Shown here: one piece after another, positions 37,251-46,217 of the stretch
Position numbering within the stretch: position 1 is the stretch's first letter
Layout: the number at the start of each line of letters is the position of its first letter
Assembly (NCBI GenBank): GCA_944392765.1
Contig: CALXXU010000004.1
Span: forward strand, 1-64,000
Source of the DNA: an uncultured Anaerobiospirillum sp.
GTDB lineage: Bacteria > Pseudomonadota > Gammaproteobacteria > Enterobacterales > Succinivibrionaceae
Length of the DNA stretch: 64,000 nucleotides
Direction: 5' to 3'
Made by a program: the position numbers and the translations under genes
The notes under the pieces: generated by a model
Told to the model about the DNA's origin: nothing
What the model saw: the letters and a program-made list of their open reading frames with translations, nothing else
Database searches by the model: none

Positions 37251-37643
37251 TTCTCGATCAAGGCCTGAGAAACTAAGAACAAGGATAGAAACCAAGTCAA
37301 CCGCTCCCGCCAAACCGAGGGCAGATAAGCCCAGAGCAACGGCCTAGGGAACGGAGAGTTAATTACGGCCAAACAGCTAAGGTGATTAACTCTTTCCTTC
37401 CAACACTGACATTACGGCCCGTTAGCTTTCGATCGATGTGGTAGTTGCTCGAAGGCAAACAAACCAAGATGTCAGCTCTAGGATCCCTGTAAACCAAGGC
37501 TGTAGCAATACCGCCAGCACAGGGGAAAATCCTCGCTTAAGGCAGCAGGAGGATCCCGCTTAGAGTATCACCTCCCCTGTGCTAAAACAAGGTTCTGCCG
37601 AACGCTCGGCAGGTTATCTACCAACTCCAAGCGGAGAGACGCG

Positions 37644-38207
37644 ATGATCATTAATCGAGTCTATACAGAGCGCAAGTTGGGCTACTGCAACAAGTGCTTT
37701 GTCTGGATGCTGGGAACCACGATCTCATTAGTCCTTTATTTGACCTTCGAGCTCACCTTCAACGAAAATCCTGGGCTTTTTATTGGCTGTTCGTTAGCCG
37801 TTATAGGGCTGTGCGTCGCCATGCTCGTTATTGGTTGGACCATCTACATCACGCTAAATGACTTGAAGGATAGTCCACCACCTCAAGCCAACTCCAGTGA
37901 TAGGGGTAAAGTACCGACAGCTGCTGACGGTGACAGTGTAAACTCCGCACAAACTGAGAACAGTCTAAGGACTGGGGTTCACATTGTATTTAAGGCTACT
38001 TTTAATGCTAACGATAAAGCTGTGACTTCTGCTGATATCCCACTTGACTCAAGGGGTAATGTCATATTCATTGCCCCATGCCAAGCAGATAAAGTAACCG
38101 TTAACCAAGGATACTCTGCCACCACTGGAGCTGAAACAGCCCCAGAAAATGATCAAACTAGACCTGAAACAAAGACTCTGATCAGAGTTAGTTTTGGTCT
38201 TTTTTGA
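37644..38207 (+). CDS. hypothetical membrane protein (2 predicted TM helices)
   Basis: 187-aa ORF with hydrophobic stretches WMLGTTISLVLYLTF and LFIGCSLAVIGLCVAMLVIGWTIYI. Composition is visibly AT-richer than the neighbours. Confidence 0.55.
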   Translation: MIINRVYTERKLGYCNKCFVWMLGTTISLVLYLTFELTFNENPGLFIGCSLAVIGLCVAMLVIGWTIYITLNDLKDSPPPQANSSDRGKVPTAADGDSVNSAQTENSLRTGVHIVFKATFNANDKAVTSADIPLDSRGNVIFIAPCQADKVTVNQGYSATTGAETAPENDQTRPETKTLIRVSFGLF

Positions 38208-38381
38208 CCATAGGCCCCACTGATTGCAAGCTTGCAGAAAATGGGGCAGACCGCAAGAGGTATGCGACTCGCAAAAAGCACTGCTTTCAGGTCGCAAACC
38301 TCTTATAATAGAGTCAGTACCATCTGGCGCAATTTAGGCGCCGTGTGGCTCAAACCAGTGCTTTTGAAAATCGAGGTGCAA

Positions 38382-38477
38382 ATGGATCTTAACTGGATGG
38401 ATTGGGTTTTTATCGCATTATGCGCTTTGTTCGGTGCATCAGCAGTATTCTATGCCATTTTGCTTAACCGCTTATAA
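38382..38477 (+). CDS. 31-aa hydrophobic peptide, copy 1 (type I toxin-like candidate)
   Basis: MDLNWMDWVFIALCALFGASAVFYAILLNRL. SD gaggtg lies 4-5 nt upstream. TATAAT sits at about 38304-38309, roughly 70 nt upstream. A hairpin plus T-run lies downstream at about 38560-38595. A paralogous copy lies 426 bp downstream. Confidence 0.45.
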   Translation: MDLNWMDWVFIALCALFGASAVFYAILLNRL

Positions 38478-38807
38478 CGGCATTTAGCACCGCATTCATC
38501 ACGCAGAAAATAGTAGGCTGAGCCAATCCTATCTCAATCAGCCTAAATGCGAAAAATAGCCTTAGCCTAGCCGCTAAGGCTGTTTTGTCTCTAAGGCACG
38601 GATTTCATGAGCAAGAGCTCACACATGTCGTTTAGCCCAGAGGCAGCGGGCAGCCCACCATAAAAGCCGAGCATTGCTGACCACTACCATCCTGGCGCAC
38701 AAAGCGAAAGATTTGAGGTCGCAAACCTTCTATAATGGTCAGAGACAGCTGGCGCAAGTTAGGATCCTTGTTGCTCAAACCAGTGCTTTTTTGAAGTCGG
38801 GTGCAAA

Positions 38808-38903
38808 ATGGACTTTTCTTGGACTGATTGGGTCACTATCTCACTCTTCGCATCATTCGGGGCATTAGCGGTATTTTATGCCGTTTTACTTGCTCGCTCA
38901 TAA
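38808..38903 (+). CDS. 31-aa hydrophobic peptide, copy 2 (below the ORF-track length cutoff)
   Basis: atggacttttcttgg...cgctcataa encodes MDFSWTDWVTISLFASFGALAVFYAVLLARS. TATAAT at about 38731-38736 is in the same relative position. The 5' leader and 3' hairpins are conserved with copy 1. Substitutions between copies keep the frame and hydrophobicity. Confidence 0.45.
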   Translation: MDFSWTDWVTISLFASFGALAVFYAVLLARS

Positions 38904-39096
38904 GCGGGTCGGGCTCAACCCAGCATTGAGCCCCGAGCAATCACGCCAATGGTAGGCTGAGCCAATCCTACCTGGCCTAAATGCGGGAAATGGCCTTAGC
39001 CGAGCAGCTAAGGCTGCCGCTTGGCTCGCTTCCTCGCGCAAAGACGAAAACGGGAAGCTTGTGGCCTCCCGCTTTTCTTTATTTTGCTTGTGCTAC

Positions 39097-40209
39097 TTAG
39101 ATGATGACTAAGCGGCCTTCAATGGCACCGGCTTGGTCTAAGGCCTCTAATACCGACATCAAGTCGCCTGGGGCTAAGCCCACTTCGTTGATGGCACGGA
39201 CCAAGTCATCGAGGGTGGTGCCTGGGTCAAACTTGAACATGCGGCCCTGCTTTTCCTCGACGTTGATATTGGAGTTTGGAACCACTGCCGTGCGGCCTTG
39301 GCTAAATGGAGCAGGCTGCGATACTTGTGGGTCTTCGCTGACCGTGACGGTTAGGCCACCGTGAGTTACGGCCACTGGCTTTAAGCGCACGTTGCTGCCC
39401 ACGACGATGGTGCCAGTACGCGAGTTAACCACGATACGGGCATCTTCTTGGCCCTCAGCGATATCGAGGTTCTCTAAGGAGGCCATGAACTCCACGCGCT
39501 TGCTTGGGTCACGTGGCGCGGTAACGCGAATCGAGACTGCGTCTTGAGCTACAGCCGAGCCTTGACCAAAGATGCTGTTGATGGTGTCTGCGACGTTCTT
39601 AGCCGTGGTGAAATCTGGGCGATCTAAGTTCCAGGTGATGCTGTCGGTTAAGTTGAAGTCAGTTGGAACCTCACGCTCGACCGTGGCACCGTTAGGAATA
39701 CGACCAACGGTTGGAGTGTTGACCACAACGCGCGAGCCGTCGGCACCGGATACGCCTAAGCCACCGACGACTAAGGAGCCTTGGGCGACCGCATAGACGT
39801 TGCCGTCAATACCACGCAGCATGGTTTGCAAGAGCGAGCCACCGCGCAGCGACTCGGCCTCGCCGATCGCTGAAACCGTGATATCAACTTGCTGGCCCGG
39901 CTTGGCAAATGGTGGCAGTTCGGCGTGCACGACTACTGGAGCGACGTCAGAGATCTTTAAGGTGACGTTATCTGGAACCTTGATGCCAAAGTTGTTGAGC
40001 ATCGAGCGGAAGGTCTGCTCGGTGAAGTCAGAGTTACTCTCACCGGTACCGGCTAAACCAGCCACCAGACCGTAACCGATCAATTGGTTGCTGCGCACAC
40101 CCTGCACCGAGGCCAAGTCTTTAAGGCGAGCGGCCTGGGTGGTGGTCATGGTTGCGCCCAGAGTGAGCACACAGCAGACTAAAGCGAAAAGAAATTTATA
40201 AATGCGCAT
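39097..40209 (-). CDS. flgI: flagellar P-ring protein
   Basis: Signal peptide, then [29 protein letters not shown]... and C-terminal ...[17 protein letters not shown]. Confidence 0.93.
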   Translation of the reverse strand: MRIYKFLFALVCCVLTLGATMTTTQAARLKDLASVQGVRSNQLIGYGLVAGLAGTGESNSDFTEQTFRSMLNNFGIKVPDNVTLKISDVAPVVVHAELPPFAKPGQQVDITVSAIGEAESLRGGSLLQTMLRGIDGNVYAVAQGSLVVGGLGVSGADGSRVVVNTPTVGRIPNGATVEREVPTDFNLTDSITWNLDRPDFTTAKNVADTINSIFGQGSAVAQDAVSIRVTAPRDPSKRVEFMASLENLDIAEGQEDARIVVNSRTGTIVVGSNVRLKPVAVTHGGLTVTVSEDPQVSQPAPFSQGRTAVVPNSNINVEEKQGRMFKFDPGTTLDDLVRAINEVGLAPGDLMSVLEALDQAGAIEGRLVII

Positions 40210-40356
40210 AACCTACTATCCTGACCTACGTCCTAACCGAGCCTTACCCTCTTAAGCTTAATGCTTGTCGCTTAGCCCTGACTGAGTGCTAACTTCGCGC
40301 TAACTTCGCGCTAGCTTGCGCGAGCCTAGCTGCGCGCTAGCTCTGAGCTCCTTGGC

Positions 40357-41049
40357 TTAGAAGAAGATGTTAAAGGCGCTGTTGAAGAAGCGGCTGATAA
40401 AGCCACGCTCTTGGGTATCAGCAAAGTCGCCGGTGCCACCGTATTGGATGCGGGCATTGGCGATACGCTGCGACGAAACCGTGTTGTCGGAGCTGACGTC
40501 CTCAGAGCGCACGATACCAGTGACGCGGATGTACTCATTGCCGTTATTGAGCATGAGCCACTTCTCGCCGCGCACCACCAGATTGCCGTTGGCTAAGACC
40601 TTGACCACGCTCACCGAGATATTACCGGTTAAGCTGTTGGACTGGCTCGCGTCGGAGTTGCCTTCAAAATCTGAGGTGTTGCTGAGGCTAGCCGAGGTAT
40701 CGTAACCATTGATCGTCACTGGACGGCCGCCCACTGCCAACGCACCAAAGCCAATGCTATTGCTCTTGCCTAAGGTGGTACCGGCATTCTTCGAGGCGCT
40801 GGTACGCTCGTCTAACTGCACCGAGATTAAGTCGCCGACCTTGTGGGCACGGGTATCGGTGTACAGGCCGTTATTGGAGGAATAAGGATTAAAAAGCGAG
40901 CCGGTTGGCACTGCCGTAGTGTAATCTTCTTCCGGCAAGGCAGGAGCAAAATCAGGATCATCCGGCTGCGGGCCTAATGCATCAAGCGCACAACCCGTGA
41001 GCAGGAAAGGCATTAGCCCTACTAACATCGCCTTTTGTAACTTGGTCAT
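40357..41049 (-). CDS. flgH: flagellar L-ring lipoprotein
   Basis: Lipobox LLTGC, plus GSLFNP, AHKVGDLISVQLDE and ITGNISV.V..VL.NGNLVVRGEK. Confidence 0.92.
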   Translation of the reverse strand: MTKLQKAMLVGLMPFLLTGCALDALGPQPDDPDFAPALPEEDYTTAVPTGSLFNPYSSNNGLYTDTRAHKVGDLISVQLDERTSASKNAGTTLGKSNSIGFGALAVGGRPVTINGYDTSASLSNTSDFEGNSDASQSNSLTGNISVSVVKVLANGNLVVRGEKWLMLNNGNEYIRVTGIVRSEDVSSDNTVSSQRIANARIQYGGTGDFADTQERGFISRFFNSAFNIFF

Positions 41050-41151
41050 GTCCTACCTCTTTGTTTTGCCGGTACGCTACCGCTTTATGCTACCGTTGCG
41101 CTCCTTATCCCAAGCCTAGGCCCTTGAGGGCCTAAGCTGCTTTACGGGCTA

Positions 41152-41937
41152 TTAGGTCGATTGGATTAAAGTACCCATCATCGAGTCCACGGTAGTGAGA
41201 ACCTTAGAGTTCATTTCGTAGACACGCTGAGCCTGAATTAAGTTAACCAGCTCTTCGGTGACCTTAACGTTCGAGGTCTCAAGTTGACCTTGGCGAATCG
41301 TGCCCATACCGTTTTCACCACCGACACCCTGCTGTGGGTCGCCCGAGGCCGAAGTCTGTAAGTACAGGTTCTGACCAATTGGCTCAAGGCCGGCCGGATT
41401 GATGAAGTTGGTTACGGTGATCTGACCTAAGTCTTGGGCTTCGGTCTGACCTGCGATCTGTACGGAAACCTGGCCATCGATCGAAACCGAGATACCGACT
41501 GCATCTTCTGGGATGGTGATCTCAGGTAATAAGGTGTAGCCCTCAGCGGTGACAATCACACCTTCTTCGTTGGTGGTGAACTGACCGTTGCGGGTGTAGG
41601 CCGTGGTGCCGTCTGGCATTTCAATCTCAAAGAAACCGGCGCCGTTGATCATCAGATCTAAGGAGTTATCGGTGGACTCAACATCACCTTGGGTGAAGTT
41701 CTTTTGGGTAGCGACCACGCGGGCACCGGCACCAACCATTAAGCCCTCTGGTAAGAAGGCATCAGCGGTCGAGCGACCACCTGGCTGGTTGACCTTTTGA
41801 TAGAGCAGGTCTTCGAAAATGGCGCGGCTCTTCTTATAGCCGACGGTCGAGGCGTTGGCTAAGTTGTTGGACGTAACCGAGATATTGGTCTGCTGGCTGT
41901 CCAAACCAGTCTTACAAATCCATAAAGCTGGAATCAT
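41152..41937 (-). CDS. flgG: flagellar distal rod protein
   Basis: LWI.KTGLDSQQTNISVTSNNLANASTVGYKK...C-terminal LETSNV.V.EELVNLI.AQRVYE.NSKV. Confidence 0.92.
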   Translation of the reverse strand: MIPALWICKTGLDSQQTNISVTSNNLANASTVGYKKSRAIFEDLLYQKVNQPGGRSTADAFLPEGLMVGAGARVVATQKNFTQGDVESTDNSLDLMINGAGFFEIEMPDGTTAYTRNGQFTTNEEGVIVTAEGYTLLPEITIPEDAVGISVSIDGQVSVQIAGQTEAQDLGQITVTNFINPAGLEPIGQNLYLQTSASGDPQQGVGGENGMGTIRQGQLETSNVKVTEELVNLIQAQRVYEMNSKVLTTVDSMMGTLIQST

Positions 41938-41953
41938 GTATAGCCTCTACTGA

Positions 41954-42700
41954 TTAATCGTAAGCAAGTAAACGGTTTTGCTGGTCAGCCATCTCACCTG
42001 CTGACTGCATCATCTTGACTTGAGCCTCATACTGGCGCTGGACGCGGATTAAGCTCGTCAATTCTTCGACAGGATTTACGTTCGAGGCCTCAAGCATACC
42101 GCTTTGGAGCTGAGCCGTATTATCCATATTGAGGGTGGCCCCATCACGCGAGCGGAACAGGCCATCATAGCCCTTTTCGATCGTGGTTAAATCAGGCTTG
42201 ACCATCTTGATGCGCTGATAGGTTTCCACCACATCAGAATCAGCCCCTAAAGGCTTGCCGGTGATATAACCATCAGCATTGATGTTGATCTCGGCAAGGG
42301 GCATCGGCAACACAATCTGATTGCCGTTTTCATCTAAGACGTCTAAACCATTGGAGGTATGAAGCACTCCATCAGGGCCTAAGGCGAAATTACCGTAACG
42401 GGTATAAGCCTCGTTGCCTTGGGCATCAGCCACCGCAAAGAAGCCATCGCCTTGCATCGCCACGTCTAAGGTGCGGCCGGTGGTCTGCATCGCGCCACCT
42501 TGGAAGTTATAGCCTGGTACCTCGGTCATGGCAAAGGCGCGCGTAGGATAGGCATTGCCAAACACGCTCATGGCACGGGTATTTTCAAACTCAGCCTTAA
42601 AACCAGTCGTGTTTGCATTGGCTAAATTATTGGAGCGCACCGACAAGGAGTGAAAATTCTCCTTAGCACCGGCCATCGCCACCCATAACAAATTATCCAT
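41954..42700 (-). CDS. flgF: flagellar proximal rod protein
   Basis: MDNLLWVAMAGAKE......SNNLANANTTGFKA...LEASNVNPVEELTSLI.VQRQYE. Confidence 0.9.
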   Translation of the reverse strand: MDNLLWVAMAGAKENFHSLSVRSNNLANANTTGFKAEFENTRAMSVFGNAYPTRAFAMTEVPGYNFQGGAMQTTGRTLDVAMQGDGFFAVADAQGNEAYTRYGNFALGPDGVLHTSNGLDVLDENGNQIVLPMPLAEININADGYITGKPLGADSDVVETYQRIKMVKPDLTTIEKGYDGLFRSRDGATLNMDNTAQLQSGMLEASNVNPVEELTSLIRVQRQYEAQVKMMQSAGEMADQQNRLLAYD

Positions 42701-42842
42701 ACGACACTCCTCTTAAGAAAAGCACCCCTAACTTTAGCAAGCCTTATGCCACGCCCAAGTCCCCATCAAGCCCAGGCCAAGCCCCATTTAGCGGGCGTTG
42801 GCGCCGCTTTGCGGCGATCCTGCTGAGTGCTTACGGCGCTTG

Positions 42843-42910
42843 GTTGCGCTATTGCTCTGCGCTGGTTACGCCATTGCTCTGCGCAGGTTGCGCTCCTAGC
42901 GCGCAGTGGC
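42843..42910. repeat. 22-23-bp tandem repeat x3 in the flgD-flgF spacer
   Basis: ggttgcgctattgctctgcgct / ggttacgccattgctctgcgca / ggttgcgctcctagcgcgca. Confidence 0.75.
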
Positions 42911-43039
42911 TGCTTGCTGATTAGCCCCGCTATTTTAAGCCATTTTGGGATCAAATCGTGCTTTGTGGCACTAAATACAGCAAGGCCAAGATCCACGGCG
43001 TGGGCCTTGGCCTCAAGGCGAGGACACGATATGCGATCT

Positions 43040-43927
43040 TTAGATCGTGACCTTCTTGGCGTCCTCGAAGGAAATCTCACCGGCACCATAGATCGAGAGC
43101 ATGGTATCGCTGGTGGTATTGCCTAAGGTGACCGAGGTGACTAAGCCTAAGCTCTTAACCGGCAGACGAATAGTCTCACCGGCGGCATTCTTGCCCGTGA
43201 CCTCTAAGACGTACTTACCGGCGGCGCACAGCTGATACTGTGGGGTATCAGGATCGGTGGTGCCCTCATCGCCATCGGCGACCTCATCACCCGTGCCGGT
43301 ATCGGTGCCGGTATCAGTACCCGTATCGGTACCATCAGCGGCGGCAACCTCATCACCGGTGGAGGTATCACCCTCACCGCCGCCGGTCGATGGGGTCTCC
43401 ACTGGGCCATCCGGCGAGTAAATGCCTGGCCAGGCAAACTTGATTTCGCTGGTTAAGGCATCAGCGCTATCGCGGTACACGACTTCACCTGAGGAGGCAT
43501 CCTTGATGGTGAGCTCGAGATCGTAATAGGTCTCGTCACCGGCATCGATCGCCCAGCTTAAGGTGTTGGAGCCATCGAAGAAGCCCTTATTGCTATCGGT
43601 GTACACATAGGTACCGATGAGCGAAGTGGCGTTGAGCGCCGAGCTCGACTTAACCTGCTCGATAATGCCATCCATGCTGGTGTTGATCGAGTTTAAGCTC
43701 TCAACCATGGACAGCTGCGACATTTGCGATACCAGCTCGGTATTGTCGGCTGGATTGGTTGGATCTTGTGCTTGCAGCTGCGTGGTGAGCAGCATTAAGA
43801 AGTCCTCTTGGGTTAAGGTTTGATCCTTAACTTGAGAGGCGGCGTCTTTGACCGACTCAGTCGTGTTTAAGCCCAGATCTTCGTAGATCGAACTGCTGGA
43901 GCTCGTTGTAGAGTAAACACTAGGCAT
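43040..43927 (-). CDS. flgD: flagellar hook-capping (hook assembly) protein
   Basis: From ATG 43927 (SD gagga; residue 66 of the track ORF): ...LTQEDFLMLLTTQLQAQDPTNPADNTELVSQMSQLSMVESLN... It contains an acidic TG/TD low-complexity insertion (GTDTGTDTGTDTGTGDEV). Confidence 0.88.
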   Translation of the reverse strand: MPSVYSTTSSSSSIYEDLGLNTTESVKDAASQVKDQTLTQEDFLMLLTTQLQAQDPTNPADNTELVSQMSQLSMVESLNSINTSMDGIIEQVKSSSALNATSLIGTYVYTDSNKGFFDGSNTLSWAIDAGDETYYDLELTIKDASSGEVVYRDSADALTSEIKFAWPGIYSPDGPVETPSTGGGEGDTSTGDEVAAADGTDTGTDTGTDTGTGDEVADGDEGTTDPDTPQYQLCAAGKYVLEVTGKNAAGETIRLPVKSLGLVTSVTLGNTTSDTMLSIYGAGEISFEDAKKVTI

Positions 43928-44254
43928 GACGTCCTCGCATGGCCCCCAATAAGAAAAATTCTCAGGCCCGAAGGCCCCTTCTTTCAGGGCCTTTAATGCA
44001 TGATTTAAGCCACCAGCAAAATACGATAAATAAGCCATTTTAGCCCCAAAGCGGATCATTTTTGCCGCTTTGAGCAGTGCCCTTAACTGGGGCTTTCTGC
44101 CATTTTGTGGCTTGGGGCACAAGCAAGGTTTGAGGGCTGCGCTATGATACAGGCCATAGCCCCTAGGGCCTTAAGGCACGGGCAGTGCGCCCTGATCGAT
44201 GCGCCTTGGTCTGCACCCTTAAGCCCCAGGGACTCAATTGGCTGAGAGGAATTT

Positions 44255-44839
44255 ATGGTTCACAACTATTTTGCCGAGCAGGACATCGCTAAGTCCTATC
44301 GCCTGCTCAACATCGGCGCTACCACCTTGATCGGCGCCTCCTACGAGGGTGACCTCGACTATATGGCCGCCGCTTGGGCTGGCGTCTGCGATTTTGATAA
44401 GGGCTATGCCATTATCGATAAGAGCCACTACACCCGTCCTTTGATTGAGAAGTCGGGACGCTTTGTCCTGTGCTACCCAACCGTCGGTATCGTCAAGCAG
44501 GTGATGAAGTTAGGCTCGATCTCCAAGAACGATGACAAGGACAAGCTCGAGCACAGTGGTGCTGAGTTAATCGAGCTCCCAGGCATCTCCATGCCGGTTC
44601 CTAAGGGCTGCGCCGCCTACCTCGAGTACGAGGTCATCCCTAATGCGCAAATGGAGCAGAGCATCGATATGTTCTTAGGCAAGTGCGTTAAGGTCATCAG
44701 CGATACCCGCGTGTACCACAACAACCACTGGCACTTTGACTCGGCCGATGAATCGCTGCGTACCCTGCACTATGTCGCAGGTGGCCACTTCTACGCTATC
44801 GGCAAGGAAATCTACCTGCCTGAGTACGGCGACGACTAA
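44255..44839 (+). CDS. flavin reductase-like (FMN-binding split-barrel) protein
   Basis: 194 aa. The layout ...LLNIGATTLIGASYEGDLDYMAAAWAGVCDFDKGYAIIDKSHYTRPLIEKSGRFVL... is typical of the flavin reductase-like domain. It lies on the opposite strand between flgC and flgD. Confidence 0.55.
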   Translation: MVHNYFAEQDIAKSYRLLNIGATTLIGASYEGDLDYMAAAWAGVCDFDKGYAIIDKSHYTRPLIEKSGRFVLCYPTVGIVKQVMKLGSISKNDDKDKLEHSGAELIELPGISMPVPKGCAAYLEYEVIPNAQMEQSIDMFLGKCVKVISDTRVYHNNHWHFDSADESLRTLHYVAGGHFYAIGKEIYLPEYGDD

Positions 44840-44978
44840 GGCCCAGCCCGTTGGGGCCCCACCAAAATAAAAAACCGCTTGCGCTCTTTATCAGGACGCA
44901 GGCGGTTTTTAGATCAAGTTAGAGAAAAATCGGTTACGCCCCTAAGGGGCTAAGCCAGGCCAAGGGCTTAGACTAGGC

Positions 44979-45440
44979 TTAGTTATTTTGGCCTAAGCGT
45001 AAGGTCTGGAGCAGCATGCTCTTGGCGCTATCGGCAACCTGAACAGCGGTCTGATAGGAGCGCTGAGCGCTCATCATATCGGCCATTTCTTCAACTGGGT
45101 TGATATTTGGGCGGTAGATATAGCCGTCAGCGTCGGCCAGGGGATGAGTTGGGTTGTACTCCTTGATGGTTGGAGCATCAGACTCAACTACGCCGCGCAG
45201 CGACACGCCGATACCAAAAGGCTCACCGCTAACCGGATCAACCGGCTCGCCGGTTTGCTCGTTACGGGCGACCGCCTCTTCCCAGGCCGCCGAGAACAGT
45301 GGACGGCGGGCCTTATAAGTTTCTTCGACCGAAGAGCTGACCGACTCAGCATTAGCCAAGTTCGATGCCGTGGCGTTCAAGCGGACCGACTGGGCATTCA
45401 TCGCCGTGCCCGCAATGTCTAAAATTCTGAAAACACTCAT
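44979..45440 (-). CDS. flgC: flagellar basal-body rod protein
   Basis: MSVFRILDIAGTAMNAQSVRLNATASNLANAES...PNINPVEEMADMMSAQRSYQ. Confidence 0.92.
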   Translation of the reverse strand: MSVFRILDIAGTAMNAQSVRLNATASNLANAESVSSSVEETYKARRPLFSAAWEEAVARNEQTGEPVDPVSGEPFGIGVSLRGVVESDAPTIKEYNPTHPLADADGYIYRPNINPVEEMADMMSAQRSYQTAVQVADSAKSMLLQTLRLGQNN

Positions 45441-45521
45441 CTGAGCCTCGTTAACTTCTGACTACTGCTTGAGATCTCTGGGCGCACGCCCTCTGAGCTT
45501 ACGCTCTGAGCTTAGCTCTGA

Positions 45522-45947
45522 TTACTGGCCACTTAAGGAACGGCGTAAGGTGGAAATCTTACCGTTGAGGAATTGCATCGTAGCTTGGTACTCGATGTTA
45601 TTGCTCATGTACTTCATGCGCTCAGAGCTGGCCTCGACCGTATTGCCGTTGCCGGTGTCAGGCTGGAACGGATTGCGGTACTTCAAGATCAAATTAGGCT
45701 CTTGCATGGCCTCGAGGTCGGCTAAGGTCATGTGACCTTGCGCGGTGGTCTGCATCTGCATCTCAGTGGTAGGCGTGGTTGGAACGTGAGCCGCCTGCAC
45801 TAAGGCCTCATTGAAGTCGATATCACGGGCCTTAAAGCCTGGGGTGTCAGCATTGGCTAAATTACCAGCAATGACTTCGGCGCGCTGATTGCGGATGCGC
45901 ATCGTGTGCTGGTGGACACCAAAAACTTTATCAAAAGTTACCGCCAT
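45522..45947 (-). CDS. flgB: flagellar basal-body rod protein
   Basis: From ATG 45947 (SD gaggga; residue 23 of the track ORF): MAVTFDKVFGVHQHTMRIRNQRAEVIAGNLANADTPGFKARDIDF... Confidence 0.9.
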   Translation of the reverse strand: MAVTFDKVFGVHQHTMRIRNQRAEVIAGNLANADTPGFKARDIDFNEALVQAAHVPTTPTTEMQMQTTAQGHMTLADLEAMQEPNLILKYRNPFQPDTGNGNTVEASSERMKYMSNNIEYQATMQFLNGKISTLRRSLSGQ

Positions 45948-46009
45948 CTCTGTTCCCTCATTTGCCCCTGCGGCGATCACATCACCCGCAGATTTCCTCC
46001 AACATTGTA

Positions 46010-46024
46010 TCAAAAGCTATGCCA
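46010..46024 (-). promoter_or_regulatory. candidate sigma-54 promoter for flgBC
   Basis: The minus strand reads TGGCAT-agctt-TTGA with canonical GG-N10 spacing but GA instead of GC at -12. It lies ~60 nt upstream of the flgB ATG. Vibrio-type flgB operons are sigma-54 dependent (established knowledge). Confidence 0.3.
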
Positions 46025-46045
46025 CAACCCCAATCAGGCCATCAG

Positions 46046-46075
46046 ATACAACAAAGCCTGCGCTCTGCGCAGGCT
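46046..46075 (-). terminator. rho-independent terminator downstream of cheR
   Basis: Minus strand: agcctgcgc-aga-gcgcaggct followed by ttgttgt. Confidence 0.55.
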
Positions 46076-46145
46076 CTGGTGAGATTAGCTGCTACCTGGG
46101 GTAGCGGCAAGCTTGGCGTTAGCGCTTAGCTAAGGCGTTAGCACT

Positions 46146-46217
46146 AGGCTAGGCCTTTAAGCGATAGGCTAAGCCTTTAAGCGATAGGCTAAGCCTTTAA
46201 GCGATAGGCTAAGCCTG
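46146..46217. repeat. 20-bp tandem repeat x3.6 overlapping the cheR stop codon
   Basis: aggcta(a/g)gcctttaagcgat repeated. The innermost copies encode the last residues ...GLAYRLKA and the stop. Confidence 0.9.

Noticed and set aside
42928-42942. Sigma-54-like element upstream of flgF (minus strand TGGCTT-aaaat-AGC)
   Set aside because: The GG-to-GC spacing is one nucleotide short of canonical and the -12 region is poor.
43230-43340. Thr/Gly/Asp microsatellite-like stretch in flgD as a separate feature
   Set aside because: It is an in-frame low-complexity linker (GTDTGTDTGTDTGTGDEV) within an otherwise normal FlgD. It is noted in the feature evidence but is not independently interesting.
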